Positions 40,912-50,768 of a stretch of DNA of 64,000 bases are shown piece after piece. A program made the position numbers and the translations under genes. The notes under the pieces were generated by a model that was not told the origin of the DNA, did not search any database, and saw only the letters and a program-made list of their open reading frames with translations. How positions within the stretch are numbered: position 1 is the stretch's first letter; each line of letters begins with the position of its first letter. Location of the stretch: IMG/VR virus record IMGVR_UViG_3300017917_003822, positions 62,001 through 126,000 of that record; one strand, given 5' to 3'.

Positions 40912-42450
40912 ATGCCTGTTACTAATATACAATCTTTAAATTATGGTGACTCACAATCACAGATCATCGACAAAATAAACTACAATTTTGACGAGATTGT
41001 CGAGGCTCATGGGGGAACTCAGGGTATTACCGGACCTACCGGGGATGTTGGACCTATTGGTTCGAGAGGTCCCATCGGATTTACAGGAGGTACCGGGGTT
41101 AGAGGTACTAGATGGTTTGTTGACTTAGTCCAGCCATCGGGAACTTTTAACACTGTTTCAGAGGGTGACTTTTGGATAGACGCCAGTGACGGAAGAATTT
41201 TTATTTTTACCGAATCTGGATGGACAAACACTGGATATACATTAGCTTCAGGAGGTAATATATTTAAACAGGAGGACTCATATTTCTCATCGGGTGGAAC
41301 CGGATCAGCTATTCTTTTTGACCAGATACTACCTCAGAATTATCTCATGATTATAGCTGACAAAGTACCAGAGTCGGGCGTACTGAATGAAAATTTGTCT
41401 AAATTTGTAATTTCCACAGATACCACTGTTAACGATTCACCGGTATTGGAGTTCTCCAAGAGTAATGTTGAATCTGGGGATATCTCTGATTACTCTCAGC
41501 ACCCTATCTTCAGATGGAAAAATTTCGACCCATTAAATAATTCTCTGGTTTTAGAAATACCCGGCGGATCTTTCGTAATAGGTTCCTCTGGAGGATTCCA
41601 ATCAACATTTGACTTTTTAACGGTACAGACACCATCAGCAACTTCCATTTCTTATGGTGCAACTTCAGGATCTGGTATATTTTCTACGGGAGGGTTTGAA
41701 TTAAATACCAGCGGACAATTTAAATTTAGAAGTTCTTTTTTTAATGTCACTGGTGGATCTGGTTATATTTCCGCGCCTGTTAATTTAACGGCAAGTCTTA
41801 CCCCGACAACCCCCTCAATCTTCACTTTTAGTGGTGGAACTGCAGGTTTCAGAACTTCAAGATCCGGTGACAGTTTTAATACGTTGTCAAACTCCGTTTA
41901 TGCTCTTTCGTTAGAATCATCTTCCGATCGTGAATTTTTCATAAACACAAAGGGAAAAATAAGAACAAAAAAAGCGGAGACCTCGATTTCCTATGCATCG
42001 ACTACACCTGGAGCTACCAGTACAGTATCGTCTAATTTGGTTAACTGGTACCTTATTTCAAGAACTTCTACTCCTGTGGCATCCTCAGTTTTACAATCAG
42101 GTAACACCATAGTCATAAATCCGGTTATACCAACCAGCAGCTATGTTGGTATTGGAGTTTATAGTGCAGCTGATTACTCTTGGGGAACGACTGGTGGACT
42201 TGAACCTGGTCAATCCATAGATATTAATGTCCACTATAGTCCAAACACAACTCAAAGGGGTTTTAGTGAGGGCTTCCGTTATATTGGTAAAGGAGCAACC
42301 AGTGGGGACGTATCAAATGTAATCACTTTACCTTTCGCAGCAACTAACGTGGACTTCACTTTAGCTAGAGGAGTTACATCCAGTAATATGACCGTTTTTT
42401 ATAGAGCTTATGGTTCTACTGGTGGATCTGGTGGATCTTTTGTTGTCTGA
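40912..42450 (+). CDS. Collagen-containing tail fibre, paralogue 1
   Basis: GDSQSQIIDKINYNF anchor, (GXY)10, then GDFWID. Confidence 0.75.
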   Translation: MPVTNIQSLNYGDSQSQIIDKINYNFDEIVEAHGGTQGITGPTGDVGPIGSRGPIGFTGGTGVRGTRWFVDLVQPSGTFNTVSEGDFWIDASDGRIFIFTESGWTNTGYTLASGGNIFKQEDSYFSSGGTGSAILFDQILPQNYLMIIADKVPESGVLNENLSKFVISTDTTVNDSPVLEFSKSNVESGDISDYSQHPIFRWKNFDPLNNSLVLEIPGGSFVIGSSGGFQSTFDFLTVQTPSATSISYGATSGSGIFSTGGFELNTSGQFKFRSSFFNVTGGSGYISAPVNLTASLTPTTPSIFTFSGGTAGFRTSRSGDSFNTLSNSVYALSLESSSDREFFINTKGKIRTKKAETSISYASTTPGATSTVSSNLVNWYLISRTSTPVASSVLQSGNTIVINPVIPTSSYVGIGVYSAADYSWGTTGGLEPGQSIDINVHYSPNTTQRGFSEGFRYIGKGATSGDVSNVITLPFAATNVDFTLARGVTSSNMTVFYRAYGSTGGSGGSFVV

Positions 42451-42456
42451 TATATA
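42449..42456 (+). promoter_or_regulatory. Putative late promoter GATATATA
   Basis: Overlaps the TGA stop of fibre 1; 33 nt before fibre 2. Confidence 0.55.
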
Positions 42457-42481
42457 CAATAATTATTCCACTTAATCTCAA

Positions 42482-44167
42482 ATGGCAGAATTAAAATTAC
42501 TAAGAATAGAGGAGGGTGACTCTCAGAAGACTTTAACAGATAAGGTAAATGTAAACTTTGCCAATCTGATAATCTTTGATGGTGGTCCCTATGGTAGAAT
42601 TGGAGAAAAAGGTCCAGAGGGAGCTAAAGGTGCCACCGGGCCGATTGGATCGTATGGAGATCGAGGGGTTCGTGGTACAATTTGGACTGTGGGTCCCTGC
42701 CAGCCAAGCCCAACAGGATCTATAGTCGGTGATTTTTGGTTGAATACAGATAATTCAAATTATGTTTATCGTTTCGGATCGGATAGAAATTGGTCACAAT
42801 ACGGTTTTAATTTAAAATCTGAGGATCTTTTCAGGGTATACGGACCACTTTTGAACTCAGCTGGTACCACTAATAAATACGGTTATTTTCTATCATCCAA
42901 TACTCCGATAGATTATACTGTTGTTATTACCGATAATCCATCTATGGATAGCGGAACTGAATTTTCACCAAACCCAATATTCAATCCACAATATTCAAAG
43001 TTTGTTATATCCGTGGACGGAACAAATCCTAATAAAAACATATTAGAATTCACAAAATCTGATTATGATGATACCTCGTTCACTGAAGGAACTCCTAGAT
43101 TTTATTGGAATCAGGGTCCTACTGCAGACAGAGGAAATTATGGGTTATCCTTCAAAAATTATGACCGGACAAATTTTAGCCTACCTAATTCAACTCTGAG
43201 ATTCGAGTCAACTTCGTCATCTATATCCCTTGATTCAGTCGGATTCAATCTTTATCTAAATAGTCAACAGTTATTTACTGTTAATTCATCAGGTGAAATT
43301 TATTTTGATTTCAATAACGGTACTGCTCTGTTTTCAACAAGAAATATATCATATAGCCCAAGTGGGTTTAATTTAACTACTGGATTAAATGTTTATTCAG
43401 AGTCAAGTGATCAAAATCCTCCACTGCATCTTATATCAGGATCTGCTGGAACCGGAAATTTAAGATACCTTTATAACTCGACGCCAAGTAATTCAGCATT
43501 TTTATTTAGAGTAGTTCAGGGAACAGGTACGTTATTTTCCACCTTTGGTGCGGGATATACTTTCATGGATAAGAGGGTTAATTCTATACAATCCCCACAA
43601 AATTTAACCCAAACTGCTTCAGGAACATATGGGTCAACTACCGTAAATTGGACAGCAGTTATACCATCCATAGCTGTAAATACAACGTCGGGTGATTATT
43701 TTTATGCAAATAATGGATCTGATTTTGTTATTGAAAGATCACCATCAGCTTCTCCCGGTGACAGAGGCATCTGTATATGGACTCCAGCAACAGGTGGAAC
43801 CGTTGGCTTTAACGGAGGATGGTTAAATTTGGTGGAGGATCAAGAGGCTATCACATTTAGAGTACATAGCACAAATCCGGGATCAACAGCAGATTGTTTT
43901 AGATATCTTGGATTGAATACGAGCCAATCCCCAAATATTATACCATCAACGTTTAATTCTGGTGTAAATGAGGCAGTTGCAATTTTACCTGCTGGTGAAT
44001 ATGCTTCCACTGCCGAATTTACGGTTGTTAACGTAAGGGGTGCAACTGGAGGTGCCGGTGGAACAGGAGGAACTCGAAGATGGTACAAAGTATTTTATTC
44101 TGCGTGGGGCGGTAATTTATCAAATACCTATTGTGGGGTTTTAACAACAAGTAATTCAATAGCTTAA
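42482..44167 (+). CDS. Collagen-containing tail fibre, paralogue 2
   Basis: GDSQKTLTDKVNVNF anchor, (GXY)10, then GDFWLN. Confidence 0.75.
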   Translation: MAELKLLRIEEGDSQKTLTDKVNVNFANLIIFDGGPYGRIGEKGPEGAKGATGPIGSYGDRGVRGTIWTVGPCQPSPTGSIVGDFWLNTDNSNYVYRFGSDRNWSQYGFNLKSEDLFRVYGPLLNSAGTTNKYGYFLSSNTPIDYTVVITDNPSMDSGTEFSPNPIFNPQYSKFVISVDGTNPNKNILEFTKSDYDDTSFTEGTPRFYWNQGPTADRGNYGLSFKNYDRTNFSLPNSTLRFESTSSSISLDSVGFNLYLNSQQLFTVNSSGEIYFDFNNGTALFSTRNISYSPSGFNLTTGLNVYSESSDQNPPLHLISGSAGTGNLRYLYNSTPSNSAFLFRVVQGTGTLFSTFGAGYTFMDKRVNSIQSPQNLTQTASGTYGSTTVNWTAVIPSIAVNTTSGDYFYANNGSDFVIERSPSASPGDRGICIWTPATGGTVGFNGGWLNLVEDQEAITFRVHSTNPGSTADCFRYLGLNTSQSPNIIPSTFNSGVNEAVAILPAGEYASTAEFTVVNVRGATGGAGGTGGTRRWYKVFYSAWGGNLSNTYCGVLTTSNSIA

Positions 44168-44168
44168 T

Positions 44169-46343
44169 ATGCATTTCAATACTAAATACATTTTTCAGGG
44201 TGACGATAGAGGTGAAATCGCCAGCAAGATCAATTACAACTTTGATCAGATAATTTCATTTGCTGTTGGTCCTGATGGACATATTGGCCCAAGAGGAGCT
44301 ACTGGATTATATGGTCCTGCAGGATTTAAGGGATTAACAGGAGCTACTGGAGCGAGAGGAACGATGATATTTAAACAACCAACTCAACCTCTTCCTTCTG
44401 AAACACAGGAATATGACATTTGGGTGGATAATTCTTCAGGTGAGGGTGACGTGAATGTTTTAGGAGCTACCGGAACTTGGAATTATTCAGGTTATTCTTT
44501 TTTTAGTTCCTCGTATTTTTCAACCTATTCTTGGATACTTGGACCAGCTGGATCCACTGATAAATATGTTGTTGGTATTAAAGATATAGCAAATGCTCCT
44601 ATCACTAATCTGGTTATAAGCGACGGTAACCCAACATCATCAGTTTCAAATCCAAATAATTCTAAGGTTCTTGTTGCCACGCAAGATCAGACGTCAACAC
44701 CAATATTTACTCTATCTAAAACTGGAGCTATTTCTTCTGGAGTACCTTCTTTTTATTGGGAGTCTACTGGATCCAATCGTAATCTTGTTTATAGGTCAAC
44801 GGGTGATCTTGAGATAATATCTCAGTTGAGGATGTCTATAGATTCAGGCCTGGCAAGAACTCTTTTATTTGGTAATAATGTTAATATAACAGCCTCGAGT
44901 TTTACTGTGGGTGGATCTGGTGATTTCCAACTAGCAGCAAACACAACTGTTGGTAGTGGTGGTATATTTAATGTACAGTCTCAAAATTTACTGATCGCCT
45001 CCTCATATTTCACTAGTGCTGATCCTTTGACTATATACGCAGCATCAGGAAATTATGTTCTCAATGATGTCCCAGTTTCTGCTGGATTAAACTCCGGTAT
45101 AACAATATCAACAACATCCACGGCAAATGATAGTTTTTCGATAAATGATCTAACTGGAAATCCGATTTTATCGGGTAAACCATTTGGATCGGTTGATAGC
45201 GGGAAACACTCACAAACAATATTTGGCTCAACCGGTGGATTTACCGGAGGTACCGCCGGTCCATTTTCATACCATGTAAGAAGGGCTTCTCAAGTTACTA
45301 AAAGCACGGTTACAGTTCTATCAGCTGCTCGATATCTTTCAACCACAGCAGGGACAGATACCCTAAATAACGTTTTCGATCTAACAGATCTGTCTCTTTG
45401 GAATTCAAATGTTATAGTCGTTACACCTACATTGTATACGAATAGCGGACAAGCTGGGGTTTATTTGAGAATACCAGCATCATATTTGAATTCATTAGAG
45501 CCAGTTTATAATACGGGTCGAACCAATATTTATAGAATTCTTTTAAACTCACTAGATTCTAGTTTATCTGCTAGGTTTATTAATGGTTTTGTTTTCAGTT
45601 ACACCAATTACGGTTCAGGAGGACTAACTTCAACGTCGATTTTAAATTACTTTAATTTACCAACTCCGATTTCTATTAATAGTTATTGCCAGTATATCGA
45701 TCTCCATTGGCTAGGAATATCAAACTCTTCCAATCTTAATCCGAGACTTTTCTATAAAGCATGTAACGGTGTCGGTGGATATTTAGAATTAACCAACTTA
45801 AATAGTATAGGATCGGAACAACCTATTACATCCGGGTCATCTCCAACCTCTGGTACAGGAAGCCCGAGTTTTGACGACGGTAGCTTCATTTCAAGTGGTG
45901 GTGGATCGTTTTTCAATCCATTCTGTCCAACTCCAGATATGTTAATTTATTTAGGTGATGGTAATTGGATTGCTGCTGGGGAGCTTAATATCGGAGATAT
46001 AGTATATACGCTTCATGAGCAAACTAACCAGTGGGATTATTATAAAGTTTCTTCAGTTGACAGAGCCACTCAGCCTGTTATCTCTGCAATTATTGGGGGC
46101 AAAGAAATTAAGGTATCAGAGCACCATAGATTCCTCACTGTTGATAATGAGTATGTTTCCATTAACGACCTTCAGATTGGTTCCGAACTTAGAACGATCG
46201 ACGGTTCAGTTAAATTAGAATCTAAAACAAATATAGGAGAGACTGAAGTTGTTAAAATAGAAATTGAAAATGCACATACGTATGTTCTGGAGGGTGTAAT
46301 CTCACACAACGTAAAAATAAGTCAGTTTATAGCAGCACCATAA
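44169..46343 (+). CDS. Collagen-containing tail fibre, paralogue 3, with a C-terminal Hint domain
   Basis: GDDRGEIASKINYNF anchor, (GXY)10, then YDIWVD; C-terminal CPTPDM...SHN. Confidence 0.75.
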   Translation: MHFNTKYIFQGDDRGEIASKINYNFDQIISFAVGPDGHIGPRGATGLYGPAGFKGLTGATGARGTMIFKQPTQPLPSETQEYDIWVDNSSGEGDVNVLGATGTWNYSGYSFFSSSYFSTYSWILGPAGSTDKYVVGIKDIANAPITNLVISDGNPTSSVSNPNNSKVLVATQDQTSTPIFTLSKTGAISSGVPSFYWESTGSNRNLVYRSTGDLEIISQLRMSIDSGLARTLLFGNNVNITASSFTVGGSGDFQLAANTTVGSGGIFNVQSQNLLIASSYFTSADPLTIYAASGNYVLNDVPVSAGLNSGITISTTSTANDSFSINDLTGNPILSGKPFGSVDSGKHSQTIFGSTGGFTGGTAGPFSYHVRRASQVTKSTVTVLSAARYLSTTAGTDTLNNVFDLTDLSLWNSNVIVVTPTLYTNSGQAGVYLRIPASYLNSLEPVYNTGRTNIYRILLNSLDSSLSARFINGFVFSYTNYGSGGLTSTSILNYFNLPTPISINSYCQYIDLHWLGISNSSNLNPRLFYKACNGVGGYLELTNLNSIGSEQPITSGSSPTSGTGSPSFDDGSFISSGGGSFFNPFCPTPDMLIYLGDGNWIAAGELNIGDIVYTLHEQTNQWDYYKVSSVDRATQPVISAIIGGKEIKVSEHHRFLTVDNEYVSINDLQIGSELRTIDGSVKLESKTNIGETEVVKIEIENAHTYVLEGVISHNVKISQFIAAP
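45924..46310 (+). other. Hint / bacterial intein-like (BIL) domain, 129 aa
   Basis: Cys1 (CPTPDM), block B-like VSEHHRF, block F/G VVKIEIENAHTYVLEGVISHN; the +1 residue is Val. Confidence 0.9.
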
Positions 46344-46364
46344 AAAATTAAAATATATATAACT

Positions 46365-46628
46365 ATGATAAATCTAACAAAAAAAGAACAGGAAAGCATG
46401 CTTAATCTATCTAAGGAATTTGTAAGCATACATCAAGAGATTCTCCAGGTTGAGAAAACTATTAAGGAGATGGAAGACAGATCATGTGAATTGATATCCC
46501 AACTCGAGAGATGCAGAGAAAACGAGAGTGATTTTATCTGCAAATTAGAAAAAAAATACGGAATCGGATCTCTAGATCCTATCAATCTCGTATGGAAAAA
46601 AGAAACAGTAAATAATGAAGTACATTAA
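46365..46628 (+). CDS. Small coiled-coil protein
   Basis: 87 aa with a heptad pattern and a KYGIGSLDP end; overlaps the next gene. Confidence 0.55.
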   Translation: MINLTKKEQESMLNLSKEFVSIHQEILQVEKTIKEMEDRSCELISQLERCRENESDFICKLEKKYGIGSLDPINLVWKKETVNNEVH

Positions 46629-47463
46629 CAAAGAAAATTTAGGTAAGATATCGGGTTTATTAGGAAATAGATTTTTTCTAATTGCAGTAATTGTTGTTTT
46701 AATAATGCTCTCGTTAAAACAGTGTGGTGATGTCGATCATGCTAAAGCTGAAGCATTAAGAGAACATAATAACTATTTGGCATCTCTTGATTCGGTTAGA
46801 GTTATAAAGAATGAGCTTGGAGAGCTTATCGTGGAAAAATCGGCATATCAACTTAAGGTTTCTGAATTAAGCAATGAACAAAAAGATCTGATAAAAAGAC
46901 TCGACTTAAACACGAACGGGAGAGGAACAACACCAAAGACCGTTATCCAGACAGTTTCAGAATATAATGAAACTATAACAAACATAAAATCGGAGGTTGT
47001 TAAGGACCCAAATGGTTCTGAAGCAATAACATTCAATCATGAACCAACTTTACCAGGAAAAAATAAATTAAAAATATCAGGAAAGGTACCATACGATCTT
47101 AATTTACTGAGGGATCCTGCAGATTCTACTAAATATATAGCTTCAGTTAATCCACTAGGTACAACTTTAACCATAGAGCAGAATATTGATATCGTTACTG
47201 GTCTTTATCAAGATCCCAAATCTAAAAGAATAATGACTAGGGTAAGTACAACCTATCCAAATTTAACTTTTAGCGAAGTTAATTCTTTTGATATTACTGA
47301 TAATCCGGAAGCTAGAAAAGCTTTAAAAGCAGCTAGAAAGGAATTTGGTCTTGGAGTAAGCGTAGGTTATGGTTTAATAGGAAACTCAAATAGCATGAGC
47401 ACCGGTGTTTTTGTTGGACTTGGTCTCCACTATACACCAAAATTTTTACAATTCGGAAAATAA
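46615..47463 (+). CDS. Membrane-anchored coiled-coil protein, possible spanin
   Basis: N-terminal transmembrane segment FFLIAVIVVLIMLSL followed by KQC, a coiled coil, and a C-terminal amphipathic beta-hairpin FGLGVSVGYG..VFVGLGLHY. Confidence 0.45.
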   Translation: MKYINKENLGKISGLLGNRFFLIAVIVVLIMLSLKQCGDVDHAKAEALREHNNYLASLDSVRVIKNELGELIVEKSAYQLKVSELSNEQKDLIKRLDLNTNGRGTTPKTVIQTVSEYNETITNIKSEVVKDPNGSEAITFNHEPTLPGKNKLKISGKVPYDLNLLRDPADSTKYIASVNPLGTTLTIEQNIDIVTGLYQDPKSKRIMTRVSTTYPNLTFSEVNSFDITDNPEARKALKAARKEFGLGVSVGYGLIGNSNSMSTGVFVGLGLHYTPKFLQFGK

Positions 47464-47472
47464 AATATAAAA

Positions 47473-50205
47473 ATGGCATTTACTACTACATCCAAATTTG
47501 TACAGATTACTCCATACCTTTTGATGGAGTATATGTATGCTGATGAACCAACACCGGAAACACACTTTGTTAATAGTGGAGGGGTTACCGTGGGGTATAA
47601 TAAATTGATAAATGGATATAGAAGTAATACAGTCCAAATTTTCAATAGAAATTCCGATTATCCCACTACACATAATACAACCGAGAATAACGTGGTTAGA
47701 ATAGGTGAGTCATCTTTTGTGACACTTGATTCCAATCTGATAGTTCCATTTAATGATTACTCTGATGAGCTAACTGATACTATAAACTTACCAATAGTTT
47801 TTCCGTCTAATTTGCTGGTTGTTTATGATACTGTTAGATATCACATAAGAGCTGGATATAATCTAAACAATCTTGATGGCTTGATTTTAACTGTCGAGTA
47901 TCAAGATCAAAATTTAGAATACGTTACAGCTTCTCAAATTCTATTAAAGAAAGGAACTGAGCAAGAGTACAATTTAAATCCAAATCCAGTTACGATCGGA
48001 GCAAATATCTATGATAAGTACTTTGAGATAAAGCTTCCTAACTTGAAGGATATGAACGATAAGTATTTAGCTGCTTCGTCCGCTTTTAAACCAGAAACAC
48101 TTGCTTCGTTAATTAGTTCGAGTGGAAATGGATTTATTTACGGATCCCCACTAAGAGTAACTGCTTGGCAGGTTCAAAATACTGTAGATTTTAACGGCTA
48201 CGAGAGATATAATTGTGCCGAAATAGCTACACTTTCTCTAGAGCAGGAGGATCCTTTTTCTAATATAGGTGCTACCATCAAGGAATCCGACAGGGGTCAA
48301 TTTTTTGAATATTATGCAACTGATAACGAGGGATTTATAGAGGATTTTATACTTTTTCAAAATTCGATAGGAAATGGGTATTATATAAGTCACCAGATAG
48401 AAGTACTAGAACAAATAGGGGCAGCTCTTATACAAACCTCAGGTTTCCAGTCTATACAAACGACTGCATACGATCTTCCTAATTACTATAGACCTATTGT
48501 TAGAAACGCAGCTGTTGCTGCTAGTTTTACCCTTAGATACACGATGTCTCTGATTAATAGCGTTAATCAAAGTCGAATAATTAGAATATCTACATACAGC
48601 TCGGTTAACCCTAGTCAGTGGGGAACTAATATAACTCCGATACAGCTAAGTACATTCCCGCAAGTTCAGAAGATCTATAACAGAGTTTATTCACAACCTG
48701 GTATTACTGTTGGCGGCGGAACAACAGTAGCACCTAAGGAAATTGTTAAATACACGAACGTTTTTATTAATCAAAATTATGTTACGTCCACAGTAAATAA
48801 TTTGACATTTACTGATAATAGTCTGAATATAAATTCAGGAGCTGAACAAACAACGGCTTTTGGAACCGGAAAAATGAACATCACAATTTCACCATTCGAC
48901 AATTACTACAAGTTTAAATTTATTAAAAGTGGTCCTTCAGCAGATCCAGTTCCGATTGATTTAAGTGCTTCTGGTAATTTTAATATCTCCTTTGTTGATA
49001 ATGTTGGTAACAAAATACAGGTTCCCGCACTGGAGGATAGAAATCTAGCAAATCCATCAACTGGAGAATTAGCTTTTAAACTTGATGAATCCATTTCAAC
49101 CAAGGTTCTTCAGCTAAGCGACAGAAGATTTTTTATTACAAACGGAACATCCATAAATAATGCTCAATCCGGAGTTGCTGCAAAAGAGGTGGTTTCAGTT
49201 GATGCAGGTGTTACTGATAATGTGGTTGAAAAGAGAATTGAATCTGTCATCGCAAATAGAAGAAATGAAGCTATGGCTATCAGCGGAGCCAATAACTATA
49301 TAAATATTCCAGCATCCAATATACTTACACCAGTAAATAATGCTAATTCTGTCATGTATTGGGGGTATTGGAAAAAACCAGGAGAGGATGATATTATTGT
49401 TGGTGCTACAGCAGCAGCTCCAGTTATAACTCCGACTAGTGGTGTTGGTGTTGTTGGAGCTGTAGAGGAACCTGCTCCTGTTCCTATAATTAAAAATGTA
49501 AAACCGAGAACTTCGGGTTCTGGTAAATTCTTGATTGGTTCCGCAACTGCGAACACCACTGAGACATTAACTGGAAGTGCATTGATATCAGCTCTAAGTG
49601 CTGAAATTGCTGGATATAAAGCTACTGGATGGCAGGATCAGACCATTATAAATTACTTCATGGTTCCTGGTAAAGCTGGATATATTAAATATCCTGGACT
49701 AACCAAACAACAGTTTATCCAGGCAGCTACTGGTATATTAGCACCGGCGACTCTAACTAGATTTGGTAGAACAAATAATGGCGGTGGCGGATGTCCAACT
49801 CCAGATATGAGGATCTTAACATCAGATGGTGATTATATTAAGGCTGGTGATATTAAAGTAGGAACTAGTGTTCATACGGTCCATGAAAAAACTGGAGAAT
49901 TTGGTGACTATAGAGTTTCTTATGTGGGTAGAATGATCCAGCCTATATTAAGAGTCAGCATAGATGGAAAATCTATAACAGTTTCAGATTCCCATAAATT
50001 TTTAACTGAGAATGGTGAATATGTTACAATCTCTAACATAACTGAGGGCACTTTAATTAAAACCATTAACGGATTAGCAAAACTTGAAAGTAAGCAGAGA
50101 ATAGGTGAGGGAGAGGTTATTAAAATAGAGGTTGAAAATGCACACACTTACGTTCTGGAGGGAGTTATCTCACATAACATTAAAGCTGCTTCCTTAGTAG
50201 AATAA
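47473..50205 (+). CDS. Large structural protein with a C-terminal Hint domain
   Basis: 910 aa; ends NNGGGG-CPTPDM...VISHN-IKAASLVE. Confidence 0.65.
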   Translation: MAFTTTSKFVQITPYLLMEYMYADEPTPETHFVNSGGVTVGYNKLINGYRSNTVQIFNRNSDYPTTHNTTENNVVRIGESSFVTLDSNLIVPFNDYSDELTDTINLPIVFPSNLLVVYDTVRYHIRAGYNLNNLDGLILTVEYQDQNLEYVTASQILLKKGTEQEYNLNPNPVTIGANIYDKYFEIKLPNLKDMNDKYLAASSAFKPETLASLISSSGNGFIYGSPLRVTAWQVQNTVDFNGYERYNCAEIATLSLEQEDPFSNIGATIKESDRGQFFEYYATDNEGFIEDFILFQNSIGNGYYISHQIEVLEQIGAALIQTSGFQSIQTTAYDLPNYYRPIVRNAAVAASFTLRYTMSLINSVNQSRIIRISTYSSVNPSQWGTNITPIQLSTFPQVQKIYNRVYSQPGITVGGGTTVAPKEIVKYTNVFINQNYVTSTVNNLTFTDNSLNINSGAEQTTAFGTGKMNITISPFDNYYKFKFIKSGPSADPVPIDLSASGNFNISFVDNVGNKIQVPALEDRNLANPSTGELAFKLDESISTKVLQLSDRRFFITNGTSINNAQSGVAAKEVVSVDAGVTDNVVEKRIESVIANRRNEAMAISGANNYINIPASNILTPVNNANSVMYWGYWKKPGEDDIIVGATAAAPVITPTSGVGVVGAVEEPAPVPIIKNVKPRTSGSGKFLIGSATANTTETLTGSALISALSAEIAGYKATGWQDQTIINYFMVPGKAGYIKYPGLTKQQFIQAATGILAPATLTRFGRTNNGGGGCPTPDMRILTSDGDYIKAGDIKVGTSVHTVHEKTGEFGDYRVSYVGRMIQPILRVSIDGKSITVSDSHKFLTENGEYVTISNITEGTLIKTINGLAKLESKQRIGEGEVIKIEVENAHTYVLEGVISHNIKAASLVE
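49792..50178 (+). other. Hint / BIL domain, 129 aa
   Basis: Cys1, VSDSHKF block B, VIKIEVENAHTYVLEGVISHN; the +1 residue is Ile. Confidence 0.9.
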
Positions 50206-50219
50206 AAAAATAATTTTAG

Positions 50220-50768
50220 ATGATACTCAATCCTAAATCAAGTAGTTTTTATTTCGTTTTTCCGAAGGGATTTTTCCCTGAGATTGTTGTTGATAAATAT
50301 TTGCCATATTTAAAAAAGCAGCCAATACCTTTTGACAACGTTGCAAATTATATGAATAGCACCATCAGATCTATTGGATTCCCATCCATGACCATAGATT
50401 CAGTTGAGCAAATAAGACCATTAGGAAAAAGAATAAATTATAAAAGTGGTACACCAATTCAGGATCTTTTTAGTAAAGATTTTGCGATCCAATTTAAGTT
50501 GGTTGATGGCTTTATTAATTACTTCATAATGTTGGATACGATTATACATTTCATGGACTTTCAGAATCCCGGTCTTTTCCTTCAGAACTTACCACTTAGA
50601 ATTATGGATAATGAAGGTAACATAATAACCTCAGTTACTTTTAAGGAGGTTACTTTAACCTCTTTTTCTGAACTTGAGTTAGCTTATACTTCCAATTCGC
50701 CTCAACCGGCATCATTTACTGTAGGGTTTAAATGTAACTACCTAGATATAGTTTTGGAAGCTAAATAA
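50220..50768 (+). CDS. Tail tube-fold protein (gp3 tail terminator / gp19-like)
   Basis: 182 aa; the pattern LRIMDNEGN..VTFKEVTLTSFSELELAY..FTVGFKCNY is typical of the gp3/gp19 fold. Confidence 0.6.
   Translation: MILNPKSSSFYFVFPKGFFPEIVVDKYLPYLKKQPIPFDNVANYMNSTIRSIGFPSMTIDSVEQIRPLGKRINYKSGTPIQDLFSKDFAIQFKLVDGFINYFIMLDTIIHFMDFQNPGLFLQNLPLRIMDNEGNIITSVTFKEVTLTSFSELELAYTSNSPQPASFTVGFKCNYLDIVLEAK

Noticed and set aside
45924-50178. Hint domains as mobile splicing inteins
   Set aside because: There is no Cys/Ser/Thr at +1 and no homing endonuclease, and the domains sit at protein C-termini rather than in conserved active sites.
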